64,000 nt of DNA, taken from positions 243-64,242 of the IMG/VR virus record IMGVR_UViG_3300046779_000589; one strand, given 5' to 3'. Within the stretch, counting starts at the first letter, position 1. Every line of letters begins with the position of its first letter. The notes under the pieces were generated by a model, which saw nothing but the letters and a program-made list of their open reading frames with translations, searched no databases and was not told the origin of the DNA. The DNA comes from a virus. Its lineage: Duplodnaviria; Caudoviricetes. Positions 43,703 through 52,825 of this stretch are shown here, one piece after another. The position numbers and the translations under genes were made by a program.

Positions 43703-44091
43703 CCGCGCCGGAACTGAAACCCTGCCCGTTCTGCGGGGGCGGCATCACGACCATCGAAGGCGGTGGGCAGACTTGGCGCGGAGTGAACGGCTATTCAGAC
43801 CCGCAGTTCTTTTACCTTCGCCACTTCGGGAAGCTGTCCAAGACGGACGACTTTCCTCGCTGCTCCGTAGAGTTTCGGTGCAGGACGGAAGCCGAAGCCA
43901 TCGCCGCATGGAACACCCGCGCCGACACCGCCACATGGAACGCTGCGATCAGGGCGGCTGCGGAGGTATGCACCCGCATCTCGACCGACCCTCTGACCAA
44001 GGCGGGAAGGGACCATGCACCGTGGATGCGGGCGGCGGCAGAGGACTGCGCGAGATACGTCCTCGCTCTGCTGAAGGAGAAAAAGCCGTGA
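43699..44091 (+). CDS. lar: Lar-family restriction alleviation protein
   Basis: ELKPCPFCGG...EAEAIAAWNTRA signature. Confidence 0.7.
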   Translation: MTAPELKPCPFCGGGITTIEGGGQTWRGVNGYSDPQFFYLRHFGKLSKTDDFPRCSVEFRCRTEAEAIAAWNTRADTATWNAAIRAAAEVCTRISTDPLTKAGRDHAPWMRAAAEDCARYVLALLKEKKP

Positions 44092-44225
44092 GCGCACCAG
44101 CCCATCAGCCTGAGACCCGTGACGCCCTCAACATCATCGAGGCTGCGGTGCAGGCCTGCGTCAAGGAGATCGAGGTGGTCTATGTCTGCCGAAACCTCAA
44201 CATCACCGTCAAGGTAAAGAAGTGA
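44088..44225 (+). CDS. 45-aa hypothetical protein
   Basis: GTGA overlaps at both ends; AAGGAG RBS. Confidence 0.5.
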   Translation: MSAPAHQPETRDALNIIEAAVQACVKEIEVVYVCRNLNITVKVKK

Positions 44226-44461
44226 GCAACGGCAGTGAACTCAAGTCCAAGGGGGCGATGGCCCTGCGGGCAGCAGGGTTCAAACCATGCCCTCGCTGGT
44301 GGCTCACGCAGGACCAGTTGGACCTCGTGGAATACATGGCGAAGCAGAACGCAGACGAGGTAAACAGGATACGGGCCGCAGCTTACGAGCGGCCCCTAAC
44401 CAAAGAAGAAGAGATGGAGTTGGCATGGCAGGCGATGAAAGCTGGAAGGGTGAACACCTGA
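44222..44461 (+). CDS. Hypothetical protein
   Basis: 79 aa with a GTGA overlap. Confidence 0.6.
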   Translation: MSNGSELKSKGAMALRAAGFKPCPRWWLTQDQLDLVEYMAKQNADEVNRIRAAAYERPLTKEEEMELAWQAMKAGRVNT

Positions 44462-44618
44462 TCCGCAAGAGTATCACCAAACAAGAGAGTAAGAGCGAGG
44501 TGCGTCGGTTGGTCAGCAGCATCGCCCACACCAACCGCAGGGCTAAGGGTATCCAGCACCCCGCCGCCAAGTCCCACGGTCAGTTCATCCTGACCGCATT
44601 GATCGACACGAGGAAACG

Positions 44619-44816
44619 ATGAAGACCAAGAAAGTGCGGGTATCCCGCGCTTCTGCTGCGTTCAGCACTGCAATAGCTACGAGCGTATCGGTGACGATCC
44701 CACGACCGCCGTGGGATACCGAGCCAGACTACCAAGAGCCGGAACGGGTGACGGAGGAAACAAAACGCAGGGAGCCGAGGCACCTCGGCCCCTACACAAG
44801 GAGAGGAGACCCATGA
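44619..44816 (+). CDS. Hypothetical protein
   Basis: 65 aa with a GAGG RBS. Confidence 0.45.
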   Translation: MKTKKVRVSRASAAFSTAIATSVSVTIPRPPWDTEPDYQEPERVTEETKRREPRHLGPYTRRGDP

Positions 44817-45034
44817 AATACTGGACCATACTTATCATCACATACGGGGCGGGCATGTTGGACGACAGCGTGTCCTACGTCGCACTACCAAGTCAGGACG
44901 AGTGCGAGGTGTATATGGGACAAATGTTTGACACCCTGCACCCGAAGTTTCCCGACCTGATGATCCAGTGCAAAGAAACCGCGCTGCCGTCGATCACGAT
45001 ACGGCCACAACCACGACCGGAGGGACTGAAATGA
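44813..45034 (+). CDS. Small Cys-pair protein with a C-terminal S..RP.PRP motif
   Basis: GGAG RBS; MKYWTILII...C..C...SITIRPQPRP. Confidence 0.6.
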   Translation: MKYWTILIITYGAGMLDDSVSYVALPSQDECEVYMGQMFDTLHPKFPDLMIQCKETALPSITIRPQPRPEGLK

Positions 45035-45180
45035 ACTTTGCCGAATGGCCCACGTCGCGCCTGTTGGCGCTGTATCGCATCGCCAAGAACAAGGCCAAGG
45101 GTGCCTACCCGTTCTTCCGCGACCCCTATGAGATGATCGCTCTGCGGAAAGAAGTCGAAAAGCGGAGCGGACAGTGCTAG
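45031..45180 (+). CDS. 49-aa hypothetical protein
   Basis: GGAGG RBS with an ATGA overlap. Confidence 0.55.
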   Translation: MNFAEWPTSRLLALYRIAKNKAKGAYPFFRDPYEMIALRKEVEKRSGQC

Positions 45181-45206
45181 GCTAGGGCACCTCCCTGTTG
45201 GACTTT

Positions 45207-45235
45207 GGGGCGGCTTCGGTCGCCCCTTTTCTTTT
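45207..45235 (+). terminator. Intrinsic terminator
   Basis: GGGGCGGC-TTCG-GTCGCCCC followed by TTTTCTTTT. Confidence 0.85.
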
Positions 45236-45243
45236 GAGGTCAT

Positions 45244-45402
45244 ATGACACGTCCAGAATTGATTGTGCTGCTGCGTAAAATCGAACGCATGGATCGTGCC
45301 GTCCGTATCGAAGGCACACCTGCGGTGCAGGAACGCTGGCATGACCTAGCCAACACGCTGCGGCGCAACATTGAAGCGGAGGGTATCAAGGAGGGAACGT
45401 GA
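45244..45402 (+). CDS. 52-aa hypothetical protein
   Basis: GAGG RBS; MTRPELIVLLRKIERM... Confidence 0.55.
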   Translation: MTRPELIVLLRKIERMDRAVRIEGTPAVQERWHDLANTLRRNIEAEGIKEGT

Positions 45403-45569
45403 AATTTAGTCCAGAACTAACCTGCGTAGCGACACGCATAAAAAAGTTGCAGAAAGAACTATCAGACGCGGAGTGGGAAAACTCACCAAACGTCGGCTTC
45501 CTTCGCCACGAATTGGAACACTTTACTAGCCTAGCGAAGCGGGGCATAGTATACGAACCTAACTTCTAG
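45399..45569 (+). CDS. 56-aa hypothetical protein (ends GIVYEPNF)
   Basis: GTGA overlap and AAGGAGG RBS; a GTTAG-like box (TTTAGT-CCAGA-ACTAAC, 45405-21) lies in codons 3-8. Confidence 0.55.
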   Translation: MKFSPELTCVATRIKKLQKELSDAEWENSPNVGFLRHELEHFTSLAKRGIVYEPNF

Positions 45570-45578
45570 GGAGAAAAC

Positions 45579-45902
45579 ATGACCGAGGGCGTCAAATTCG
45601 ACGGGGGCAAACCCCGTTACGATCTTCTTGCACCCGAATTTCTGGACGGCACTGCACGGGTGCTGACCTTTGGTGCGGAGAAATATGGGGAGCGCAACTG
45701 GGAACTGGGTATGGCGTGGCACCGCCCCTTCGCCGCTATGATGCGCCACATGTGGGCGTGGTGGCGCGGGGAAGACCGCGACCCGGAGACGGGGATGAGC
45801 CACCTCTGGCACGCTGCTTGCTGCCTTTGCTTCCTGATGGCTTACGAAGAACGCCACATCGGCACGGATGATCGTCCGCGCCCTGCACCGGAGAATGGCT
45901 GA
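45579..45902 (+). CDS. dATP/dGTP diphosphohydrolase-like protein (DUF5664)
   Basis: GVKFDGGKPRYDLL..GAEKYG..NWE.G..RH..W..GED.DPETG.SHL.HA signature. Confidence 0.85.
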   Translation: MTEGVKFDGGKPRYDLLAPEFLDGTARVLTFGAEKYGERNWELGMAWHRPFAAMMRHMWAWWRGEDRDPETGMSHLWHAACCLCFLMAYEERHIGTDDRPRPAPENG

Positions 45903-46183
45903 TGTTTGGATGGTTGAAACGCCGCAAGAACGAGGCCCGCGTGGTCCTCGTGGGGTCCACCCCCTCGGCAGAGGAACGTGAACGCCAGCACCGGATGCGT
46001 GTCGAGCAACTGACGATCCAACAAGAGTTGGGGTTCAACGCCGAAGATGACACGCAAAGCTGGCTGCGTCTGCACCAGCTTTTGAAGAGCCACGAAGAGC
46101 GCATCACCGCATTGGAGAAGAAGAATGATCGTAAACGGAAAGTCCCTGCTCAAAGCCGCCCCGATCAAGGGAATGCTGGCTGA
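45902..46183 (+). CDS. Hypothetical protein
   Basis: 93 aa with a TGATG overlap. Confidence 0.55.
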   Translation: MFGWLKRRKNEARVVLVGSTPSAEERERQHRMRVEQLTIQQELGFNAEDDTQSWLRLHQLLKSHEERITALEKKNDRKRKVPAQSRPDQGNAG

Positions 46184-46607
46184 CAAGCAGCGGGAACATG
46201 GGGTCAGCTACGGGCTGGCCGAGGCGGGCTACGACATCCGCATCAAGCAGGACATCGTGTTCTACCCTGCGGACAACCAACTGACGGTGGACGGCGAGTG
46301 GGTCAAGGGCCGCTTCACCATCGCCTCTGCGCTGGAAGAGTTTACTCTGCCTGATGACTTGGTGGGTGTGGTGCATGACAAATCCACGTGGGCACGGAAG
46401 GGTCTGTCGGTGTTCAACACCGTGCTGGAACCCAAGTGGCAGGGCTTCCTGACCCTTGAGTTGGTCTATCACGGGGGTGAGACGCTACACATTCCGGCAG
46501 GTGCGGGCATCGCACAGGTGCTGTTCCACAAGATCGAAAACACCGCCGCCTACAGCGGCAAATATCAGAACCAAGCCGACGCGCCTGTCGCGGCTAAGTT
46601 TGAGTGA
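46125..46607 (+). CDS. dcd: dCTP deaminase/dUTPase superfamily protein
   Basis: SYGL..AGYDIR, HDKSTWARKG, NTVLEPKWQGFLTLEL, IAQVLF and Y.GKYQNQ. Confidence 0.85.
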   Translation: MIVNGKSLLKAAPIKGMLADKQREHGVSYGLAEAGYDIRIKQDIVFYPADNQLTVDGEWVKGRFTIASALEEFTLPDDLVGVVHDKSTWARKGLSVFNTVLEPKWQGFLTLELVYHGGETLHIPAGAGIAQVLFHKIENTAAYSGKYQNQADAPVAAKFE

Positions 46608-46611
46608 GAAC

Positions 46612-48438
46612 ATGGACGTATACACGCTCGACTTCGAAACCTACTACAGCCAGACCTTCTCGCTGTCGAAGATGACGACCGAAGAATATGTCCGCAGTCC
46701 TGAGTTCGAAGTCATCGGGCTGGGCATCAAGTGCAACAACGGCCCGACCTTCTTCTATCCGAAGCACATGGTCGGCGCGGTTCTGCGTGAGATCGACTTC
46801 TCCAATGCGGGCATCCTCTGCCACAACACCATGTTCGATGGGGCGATCCTGTCGTGGCATTACGGTGTGCGCCCGAAGGTCTGGTTTGACACGCTCTGCA
46901 TGGCCCGTGCCGTGCACGGCATCGAAAAGAGCGCCAGCCTCAAGGCGCTGGCTGAGAAGTACGGTATCGGGGAGAAAGGCACCGAGGTGCTGAACGCCTT
47001 GGGGAAACGCTACAACGATTTCACCGAGGAAGAACTTGCAGCCTACGGCAGCTACTGCGCCAATGACGTGGACCTCACCTACAAACTCTTTACCCTGATG
47101 GGTCAGGAGTTCCCGAAGAACGAACTCAAGCTGATTGACCTAACGCTGCGGATGTTCATCAATCCGATCCTGCAACTCGACACCGAGAAGCTGGAAAAGC
47201 ACCTGATGGCGACCGTGGCGCAGAAGGATACCCTGCTGGTCGAGGCGGGCGTGACCAAAGACGACCTCATGTCTAACCCGAAGTTTGCGGAACTGCTGCG
47301 TGGGTTCCGTGTGACGCCGCCGACCAAGATCAGCCCGACCACGGGCAAGGAGACGTTGGCGCTGGCCAAGTCCGACGAGGGCTTCAAGGCGCTGGCCGTG
47401 CATGAGGATGCACGGGTGCAGGCGCTGGTCGCAGCCCGTCTGGGTAACAAGTCCACGCTGGAAGAAACCCGCACCCAGCGCTTCATCGACATCTCCAAGC
47501 GCGGCTCCCTGCCTGTCCCCGTGCGGTATTACGCAGCGCATACGGGGCGCTGGGGCGGCGACGACAAGATCAATCTCCAGAACCTGCCGAGCCGTGGGCC
47601 GAACGCGAAGAAGCTGAAAAAGGCTATCATCGCGCCGGAAGGCTACACCATCGTGGAGTCGGACTCGTCACAAATCGAAGCCCGCACCCTTGCATGGCTT
47701 GCTGGACAGGAAGACGTTGTGGAGACCTTCGCGGCCAAGGGCGATGTCTACAAGAAGATGGCGTCGGTGATCTACGGCGTCTTGCTGGACGAGGTGACAA
47801 AGGACCAGCGGCACGTGGGTAAGACCACGGTGCTGGGCGCAGGTTACGGCATGGGGGGCGAGAAGTTCCAAGCCGCCCTCAAGAACGGCTTCCCGTCGGT
47901 TGACCTACCGCTGCACGAATGCAAACGCATCATCGCGGTCTACCGTGAGGCCAACTGGGCGATCTCCGACCTGTGGAAGCGGGCAGGCGTCATGCTGCAA
48001 TACCTTGCACGGGGGGACAGTATCCCGTTTGGTCGTGACGGCCTTCTGGTGCCCGACCCCGAAGTTCCCGGCGTTCGCCTGCCGAATGGGTTGCTGATCC
48101 GCTATGACGGCCTACGGGCGCAGCAGGGTGAGAAGGGCGTGGAATACGTCTACGACACCCGCAAGGGGCCGAGCCGCATCTACGGCGGCAAGGTGATCGA
48201 AAACGTCACGCAAGCCCTCGCCCGCATCATCATCGGGGAGCAGATGCTCCGTATCGCCAAGCGGTATCGTGTGGTCTTGACTGTGCATGACAGTATCGTG
48301 TGCTGTGTGCCTGACGAGGAAGCCGAAGCCTGCCGTGCATACGTGGAAGAATGTATGCGGTGGGTGCCTGCATGGGCCACGGGCCTGCCCGTCGATTGCG
48401 AGTCCGGTATCGGCAAAACCTATGGAGACTGCGAATGA
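46612..48438 (+). CDS. polA: DNA polymerase family A with 3'-5' exonuclease
   Basis: Exo I LDFETY, motif A DSSQIEAR, motif B KTTVLGAGYG, motif C TVHDSIV; start reassigned to ATG 46612. Confidence 0.95.
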   Translation: MDVYTLDFETYYSQTFSLSKMTTEEYVRSPEFEVIGLGIKCNNGPTFFYPKHMVGAVLREIDFSNAGILCHNTMFDGAILSWHYGVRPKVWFDTLCMARAVHGIEKSASLKALAEKYGIGEKGTEVLNALGKRYNDFTEEELAAYGSYCANDVDLTYKLFTLMGQEFPKNELKLIDLTLRMFINPILQLDTEKLEKHLMATVAQKDTLLVEAGVTKDDLMSNPKFAELLRGFRVTPPTKISPTTGKETLALAKSDEGFKALAVHEDARVQALVAARLGNKSTLEETRTQRFIDISKRGSLPVPVRYYAAHTGRWGGDDKINLQNLPSRGPNAKKLKKAIIAPEGYTIVESDSSQIEARTLAWLAGQEDVVETFAAKGDVYKKMASVIYGVLLDEVTKDQRHVGKTTVLGAGYGMGGEKFQAALKNGFPSVDLPLHECKRIIAVYREANWAISDLWKRAGVMLQYLARGDSIPFGRDGLLVPDPEVPGVRLPNGLLIRYDGLRAQQGEKGVEYVYDTRKGPSRIYGGKVIENVTQALARIIIGEQMLRIAKRYRVVLTVHDSIVCCVPDEEAEACRAYVEECMRWVPAWATGLPVDCESGIGKTYGDCE

Positions 48439-49115
48439 CCACCAAGAAACTTCCTGCGTGGTCCTTCTCCGGCCTTAAGTCGTTTCTCGGCTGTGCCAAG
48501 AAATACTATCACCTCAAGGTCGCCAAGGATTACTCCGAGCCGCCGACTGACGCCACGCTCTACGGAAGCCAGTTCCATCTGGCTTGCGAGGAATATGTGC
48601 GTGACGGCAAGCCGTTGCCGGAACGGTTTGGTTACATGCAGGAGACGCTGGACGCGCTGATCCAGAAACCCGGCGAGAAGTTGTGCGAACAGAAGTTGGC
48701 GTTGAACGCGAACCTTGAGCCGTGCGGGTTCTTCGACCCCGATTGCTGGTTCCGTGGCATCGCGGACTTGCTGATCCTGAACCATGACACGGGCACGGCC
48801 TTCGTGGTGGACTACAAGACGGGCAAGAACTCCAAGTATGCCGACACGGGTCAGTTGGAACTCATGGCTCTCGCGGTGTTCGCACACCACCCTACCATCA
48901 AGCGGGTGAACGCGGGGTTGCTGTTTGTCGTGCCGAAGCAACTGATCCCTGCCAAGTACACGGTCGAGAACGTGCCTGACCTCTGGCGCAAGTGGCTGGC
49001 TGACTACGCCAAGCTGGAGAAAGCGCATGAGACGGGGGTGTGGAACGCAAGCCCAAGTGGGCTGTGCCGAAAGCACTGCGTTGTGTTAGAATGTCCGCAC
49101 AACGGAAGGAACTGA
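48435..49115 (+). CDS. PD-(D/E)xK (Cas4-like) exonuclease
   Basis: WSFSGLKSFLGC, RGIADLL, VDYKTGK, QLELMAL and LCRKHCVVLECPH. Confidence 0.85.
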   Translation: MTTKKLPAWSFSGLKSFLGCAKKYYHLKVAKDYSEPPTDATLYGSQFHLACEEYVRDGKPLPERFGYMQETLDALIQKPGEKLCEQKLALNANLEPCGFFDPDCWFRGIADLLILNHDTGTAFVVDYKTGKNSKYADTGQLELMALAVFAHHPTIKRVNAGLLFVVPKQLIPAKYTVENVPDLWRKWLADYAKLEKAHETGVWNASPSGLCRKHCVVLECPHNGRN

Positions 49116-49118
49116 GCC

Positions 49119-49373
49119 ATGCCTTACACCAAGTCGCCGCGCCCGTATAAGCACGAGTACGAGATGCAAAAGTCCCGTGGAGAACACGAGGACCGCATGG
49201 AGCGTCAACGCGCCCGCCGCGCCTTGGACAAGAAGGGCGTGGACCGCGCAGGGAAAGACGTGAGCCACAAGAAGGCTCTCGCCAAAGGCGGGTCGAACAA
49301 GGATGGCTACATCCTTGAAAGCCCCAAGAAAAACCGCAGCCGGAACGGCCACAAGCCCGGTGAAAAGAAGTAG
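49119..49373 (+). CDS. Small basic HNH-like protein
   Basis: KDVSHKKALAKGGSN...NRSRN is an HNH-like pattern with the first His apparently replaced. Confidence 0.55.
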   Translation: MPYTKSPRPYKHEYEMQKSRGEHEDRMERQRARRALDKKGVDRAGKDVSHKKALAKGGSNKDGYILESPKKNRSRNGHKPGEKK

Positions 49374-49389
49374 TTAGTGGCCCACTAAC
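49373..49389. promoter_or_regulatory. GTTAG box (GTTAGTGG-C-CCACTAAC)
   Basis: Lies between a stop codon and the helicase RBS. Confidence 0.75.
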
Positions 49390-49399
49390 GGAGAAACAC

Positions 49400-50935
49400 A
49401 TGCAGATCATCAATGGGAAGGCGCTGCTGTTGAAGCTGCGCAATCCAAAACAAGTCACTGCGATCATCCCCAAGAGCAGGGAAGTCAACGAACACGAGGT
49501 GCTGGTGAACTGGGGGGTGCCTGAGTCCCTGACGCTCAAGTCCCTTAATATCAAGGTGCCGTCGCCCATCACGGGCCGCTACGACTGGCCCGGCCAATAC
49601 AAGCCGATGGACCACCAGCGCACCACGGCTGAGTTTCTGACGATGAACCAGCGGGCCTTCTGCTTCAACGAGCAGGGCACGGGCAAGACGGCCAGCGCGA
49701 TCTGGGCTGCGGACTTCCTGATGAAGCAGGGGATCGTGCGTCGAGCCGTGGTGATCTGCCCCTTGTCGATCATGGACAGTGCGTGGAAGTCGGACATCTT
49801 CTCCGTGGCCATGCACCGGAGTGTGGGCATCGCGTATGGCAACGCCGACAAGCGCCGCAAGATCATTGCCCTGCAACCGGACTTCCTCATCATCAACTAT
49901 GACGGCGTGGAGATTGTGGCCGACGATCTGGCTGCGGCGGGCTATGACCTCTTCATCGTGGACGAAGCCACGCACTACAAGAACGCCATGAGCAAGCGGT
50001 GGAAGACGCTGAACAAGCTGGTGCAGCCGCACACGTGGCTCTGGATGATGACGGGCACTCCCGCAGCGCAAAGCCCCGTGGATGCTTACGGCCTCGCCAA
50101 GCTGGTCAATCCGAAATCGGTGCCTCGCGCCTTCGGGTCGTTCCGTGACATGGTGATGCTCAAGATGTCGCAGTTCCGCTGGGAGCCGAAACCCAACGCG
50201 GTCGAGACGGTTTTCCGTGTGCTGCAGCCCGCTATCCGCTTCACCAAGGAAGAGTGTCTGGACCTGCCTGACATGGTCTACGTCAAACGGCAGGTGGCGC
50301 TGACACCCATGCAGAAGAAGTATTACGAGCGGCTCAAGACGCAGATGATTATGGAAGCCAGCGGCGAGACGGTCACGTCGGTCAACGCGGCGGTGAACAT
50401 GAACAAGCTGCTGCAAATTTCTTGTGGCGCAGTCTACACCGATGAAGGCGACACGCTGGAGTTCGACATCGGCCACCGCTACACGGTGCTGCGCGAGGTC
50501 ATCGACGAGAGCAGCCAGAAGGTGCTGGTCTTTGTCCCGTTCCGCCACACGATCACGATCTTGGCCGAGAAGCTGCGGGCTGACGGTATCCCAACCGAAG
50601 TCATCAGCGGCTCCGTGTCGGCAGGTGAGCGCACCGACATCTTCAAACGGTTCCAGACCCAGAGCGACCCACGGGTGCTGGTGATCCAGCCGCAATCGGC
50701 GGCGCATGGCGTGACCCTCACTGCGGCAAACACCGTAGTCTGGTGGGGTCCGACCTCGTCGCTGGAAACCTATGCACAGGCCAACGCCCGTGTTCACCGA
50801 TCTGGCCAGAAGCATCACTGCACCGTAGTGCAACTGGCTGGTAGCCCTGTTGAGAAGCGTCTTTACAAACTTCTCGACAGTAAAATTGATGTCCACTCAA
50901 AGATTGTGGACCTCTACAAGGATTTGCTTGACTAG
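49400..50935 (+). CDS. SNF2-family (SF2) helicase
   Basis: EQGTGKT, IVDEATH, MTGTP and QANARVHRSGQ motifs. Confidence 0.9.
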   Translation: MQIINGKALLLKLRNPKQVTAIIPKSREVNEHEVLVNWGVPESLTLKSLNIKVPSPITGRYDWPGQYKPMDHQRTTAEFLTMNQRAFCFNEQGTGKTASAIWAADFLMKQGIVRRAVVICPLSIMDSAWKSDIFSVAMHRSVGIAYGNADKRRKIIALQPDFLIINYDGVEIVADDLAAAGYDLFIVDEATHYKNAMSKRWKTLNKLVQPHTWLWMMTGTPAAQSPVDAYGLAKLVNPKSVPRAFGSFRDMVMLKMSQFRWEPKPNAVETVFRVLQPAIRFTKEECLDLPDMVYVKRQVALTPMQKKYYERLKTQMIMEASGETVTSVNAAVNMNKLLQISCGAVYTDEGDTLEFDIGHRYTVLREVIDESSQKVLVFVPFRHTITILAEKLRADGIPTEVISGSVSAGERTDIFKRFQTQSDPRVLVIQPQSAAHGVTLTAANTVVWWGPTSSLETYAQANARVHRSGQKHHCTVVQLAGSPVEKRLYKLLDSKIDVHSKIVDLYKDLLD

Positions 50936-50982
50936 CAAATCAAACAACAATAAACACAACAATACCACAATGGAGAACAACA

Positions 50983-51381
50983 ATGGCTGAGAGCAATATC
51001 TCTGTCGAACGTCTGACCCGTGCCTACCTGAAAATCCGCGACAAGCGGGCAGAGTTGAAGGCCAAGTTCGACGAAGAAGAAGCCGTCTTGTCCAAGCAGT
51101 TGGACAAGGTGAAAGCTGCCTTGCTGGACTACTGCAAGGATCACGAAGTCGAGAGCGTCCGCACCACTGCGGGCATCTTCTATCGCACCGTGAAGACCCG
51201 CTACTGGACCAATGACTGGGAGAGTTTCCATAAGTTCCTCGTGGACGTGGAAGCGCCTGAGTTGCTGGAGAAGCGCATCAATCAGGGTGAGATGAAGAAG
51301 TTCTTGGAAGAGAACCCTGAACACGTACCGCCGGGTCTGAACACGGACTCGGAGTACGTAATCTCTGTGAGGAAGAAATGA
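50983..51381 (+). CDS. Conserved replication-module protein, possibly Gam-like
   Basis: N-terminal coiled coil plus SVRTTAG..YRTVK..DWESF pattern. Confidence 0.5.
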   Translation: MAESNISVERLTRAYLKIRDKRAELKAKFDEEEAVLSKQLDKVKAALLDYCKDHEVESVRTTAGIFYRTVKTRYWTNDWESFHKFLVDVEAPELLEKRINQGEMKKFLEENPEHVPPGLNTDSEYVISVRKK

Positions 51382-51614
51382 TGACCGAAACGACTGCATC
51401 CCCCTACGTCCCCATCGAAGATGTCGCCAAGTATCTTTCCGTGTCGCTATCGACCGTGCGCGCTTGGGTTCGTCAGGGCTACATTCCCAAGCACACCTAC
51501 ATCAAGGTCGGGAATACCTACCGCTTCCGCCTCGCGGCGGTTGTCGAACACCTGACGAATGATGTACCCTCGGAGGCTCCGGTGGGTGGCACGGGTGGGG
51601 GGAAGTACGAATGA
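51378..51614 (+). CDS. Excisionase/HTH_17-like DNA-binding protein
   Basis: IEDVAKYLSVSLSTVRAWVRQGYIP..KVGNTYRF. Confidence 0.85.
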   Translation: MMTETTASPYVPIEDVAKYLSVSLSTVRAWVRQGYIPKHTYIKVGNTYRFRLAAVVEHLTNDVPSEAPVGGTGGGKYE

Positions 51615-51847
51615 CCAAGGGCGAATACCGGGTTGGCATCACGTTCAACCCCTCCCAAGACGACATTGTGGCCCGCATCAAGCGAGCCGCGGCAGACCTG
51701 ATCGACCTGATCGACAGCATCGACTCGTCGGCAGAAAACATGCAGGGGATGGAAAAGGTCCGCTGCAAAGCCCTTGCCCAGACTGCGGTGGAAGAAGCCG
51801 CAATGTGGGCCGTGAAGGCCGCGACGAAACCGCAGCCGCAAAACTGA
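51611..51847 (+). CDS. Acb2/Tad1-like hairpin protein (candidate immune-signal sponge)
   Basis: RCKALAQTAVEEAAMWAVKAA resembles the Tad1 C-terminal helix pattern (A.T.VEEA.MW). Confidence 0.55.
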   Translation: MTKGEYRVGITFNPSQDDIVARIKRAAADLIDLIDSIDSSAENMQGMEKVRCKALAQTAVEEAAMWAVKAATKPQPQN

Positions 51848-51859
51848 GTGGAGAAACAA

Positions 51860-52759
51860 ATGACTGACATGACCCTTTTCAAGGGCAACGCCCTCGTCAA
51901 CAGCGACCTCTTCAAGTCGTTGCAGGACATGAACAAGACCCTCGCTGGCGGTGCTGGCGGTGGTAAGCGGATCAGCATCAAGGGGATGCGTTTCCGCGAG
52001 TTCGTCGGTGGCGAACAGGTGAACGTCTCGAAAGAGGACTGGCTGAATTTCGTTGTGGTGAACGCCGCCCCGATCAGCCGCACCTACTATGAAGGCACCT
52101 ACGACCCGAACAACACCGCCGCACCGACCTGCTGGTCCACTGACACGCAGGCTCCGTCCAAGGATGTCCCCGCCGAGCAGCGCATGGCGTCCAAGTGCGC
52201 CGACTGCAAGATGAACATCAAGGGGTCGGGCCAAGGCGACAGCCGTGCTTGCCGCTTCAACCAGCGTCTGGCTATCACGCTGGAAGGTAAGCCGGATGAA
52301 GTCTACCAACTGCAGCTTCCGGCGACTTCAGTCTTCGGTGAAGCCAAGGATGGCAAGATGCCGATGCAGGCGTATGCGAAGTTCCTGAACTCGCACAACA
52401 CGCCGATCATCGCGGTGGTGACGCAGGCTTACTTCGATGCCAACGCCGAAACCCCCAAGCTGTTCTTCAAGCCCGTGCGTCCGCTGACGGAAGAAGAACT
52501 GCAAGCGGCGGTGAACGTGAAGGACAGTCCCGAAGCGATCAACGCGATTACCCTGACCGTGTCGCAGACGGATGGTGTGAAGGCCAAGGAGAAGCCCAAG
52601 GCCGAGACGCCGAAGGCCGAAGTGAAGGCCAAGGCGGCGGTGGTCGAGGATGACGAAGAGGTCATCGAAGAACCGAAGAAGACCACGGCTAAGAAGGCCG
52701 CACCGGAAGTGGTGGATGCCGACCTCGCTTCCATCGTCTCGGACTGGGACGACGAATAA
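51860..52759 (+). CDS. Putative single-stranded DNA-binding/annealing protein
   Basis: RISIKG..FR, YY.GTYDP, P.CWS, C..C..N.KGSG....ACR, acidic tail ending WDDE. Confidence 0.6.
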   Translation: MTDMTLFKGNALVNSDLFKSLQDMNKTLAGGAGGGKRISIKGMRFREFVGGEQVNVSKEDWLNFVVVNAAPISRTYYEGTYDPNNTAAPTCWSTDTQAPSKDVPAEQRMASKCADCKMNIKGSGQGDSRACRFNQRLAITLEGKPDEVYQLQLPATSVFGEAKDGKMPMQAYAKFLNSHNTPIIAVVTQAYFDANAETPKLFFKPVRPLTEEELQAAVNVKDSPEAINAITLTVSQTDGVKAKEKPKAETPKAEVKAKAAVVEDDEEVIEEPKKTTAKKAAPEVVDADLASIVSDWDDE

Positions 52760-52774
52760 ACCTATGACAGACTG

Positions 52775-52805
52775 CCCCGGTTAGTGATGCACTAACCGGG
52801 GTTTT
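52775..52805 (+). terminator. Intrinsic terminator whose stem is a GTTAG box
   Basis: CCCCGGTTAGTG-ATG-CACTAACCGGGG followed by TTTT. Confidence 0.8.
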
Positions 52806-52825
52806 ACATTCAGAGTGGCGGCACA

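Noticed and set aside
45579-45902. 2-aminoadenine (Z) genome pathway
   Set aside because: No purZ-like or datZ-like gene was recognised in the window.
51378-51614. Excisionase as evidence of a prophage
   Set aside because: There is no integrase, att site or host gene in the window; HTH_17 proteins are common in lytic replication modules.
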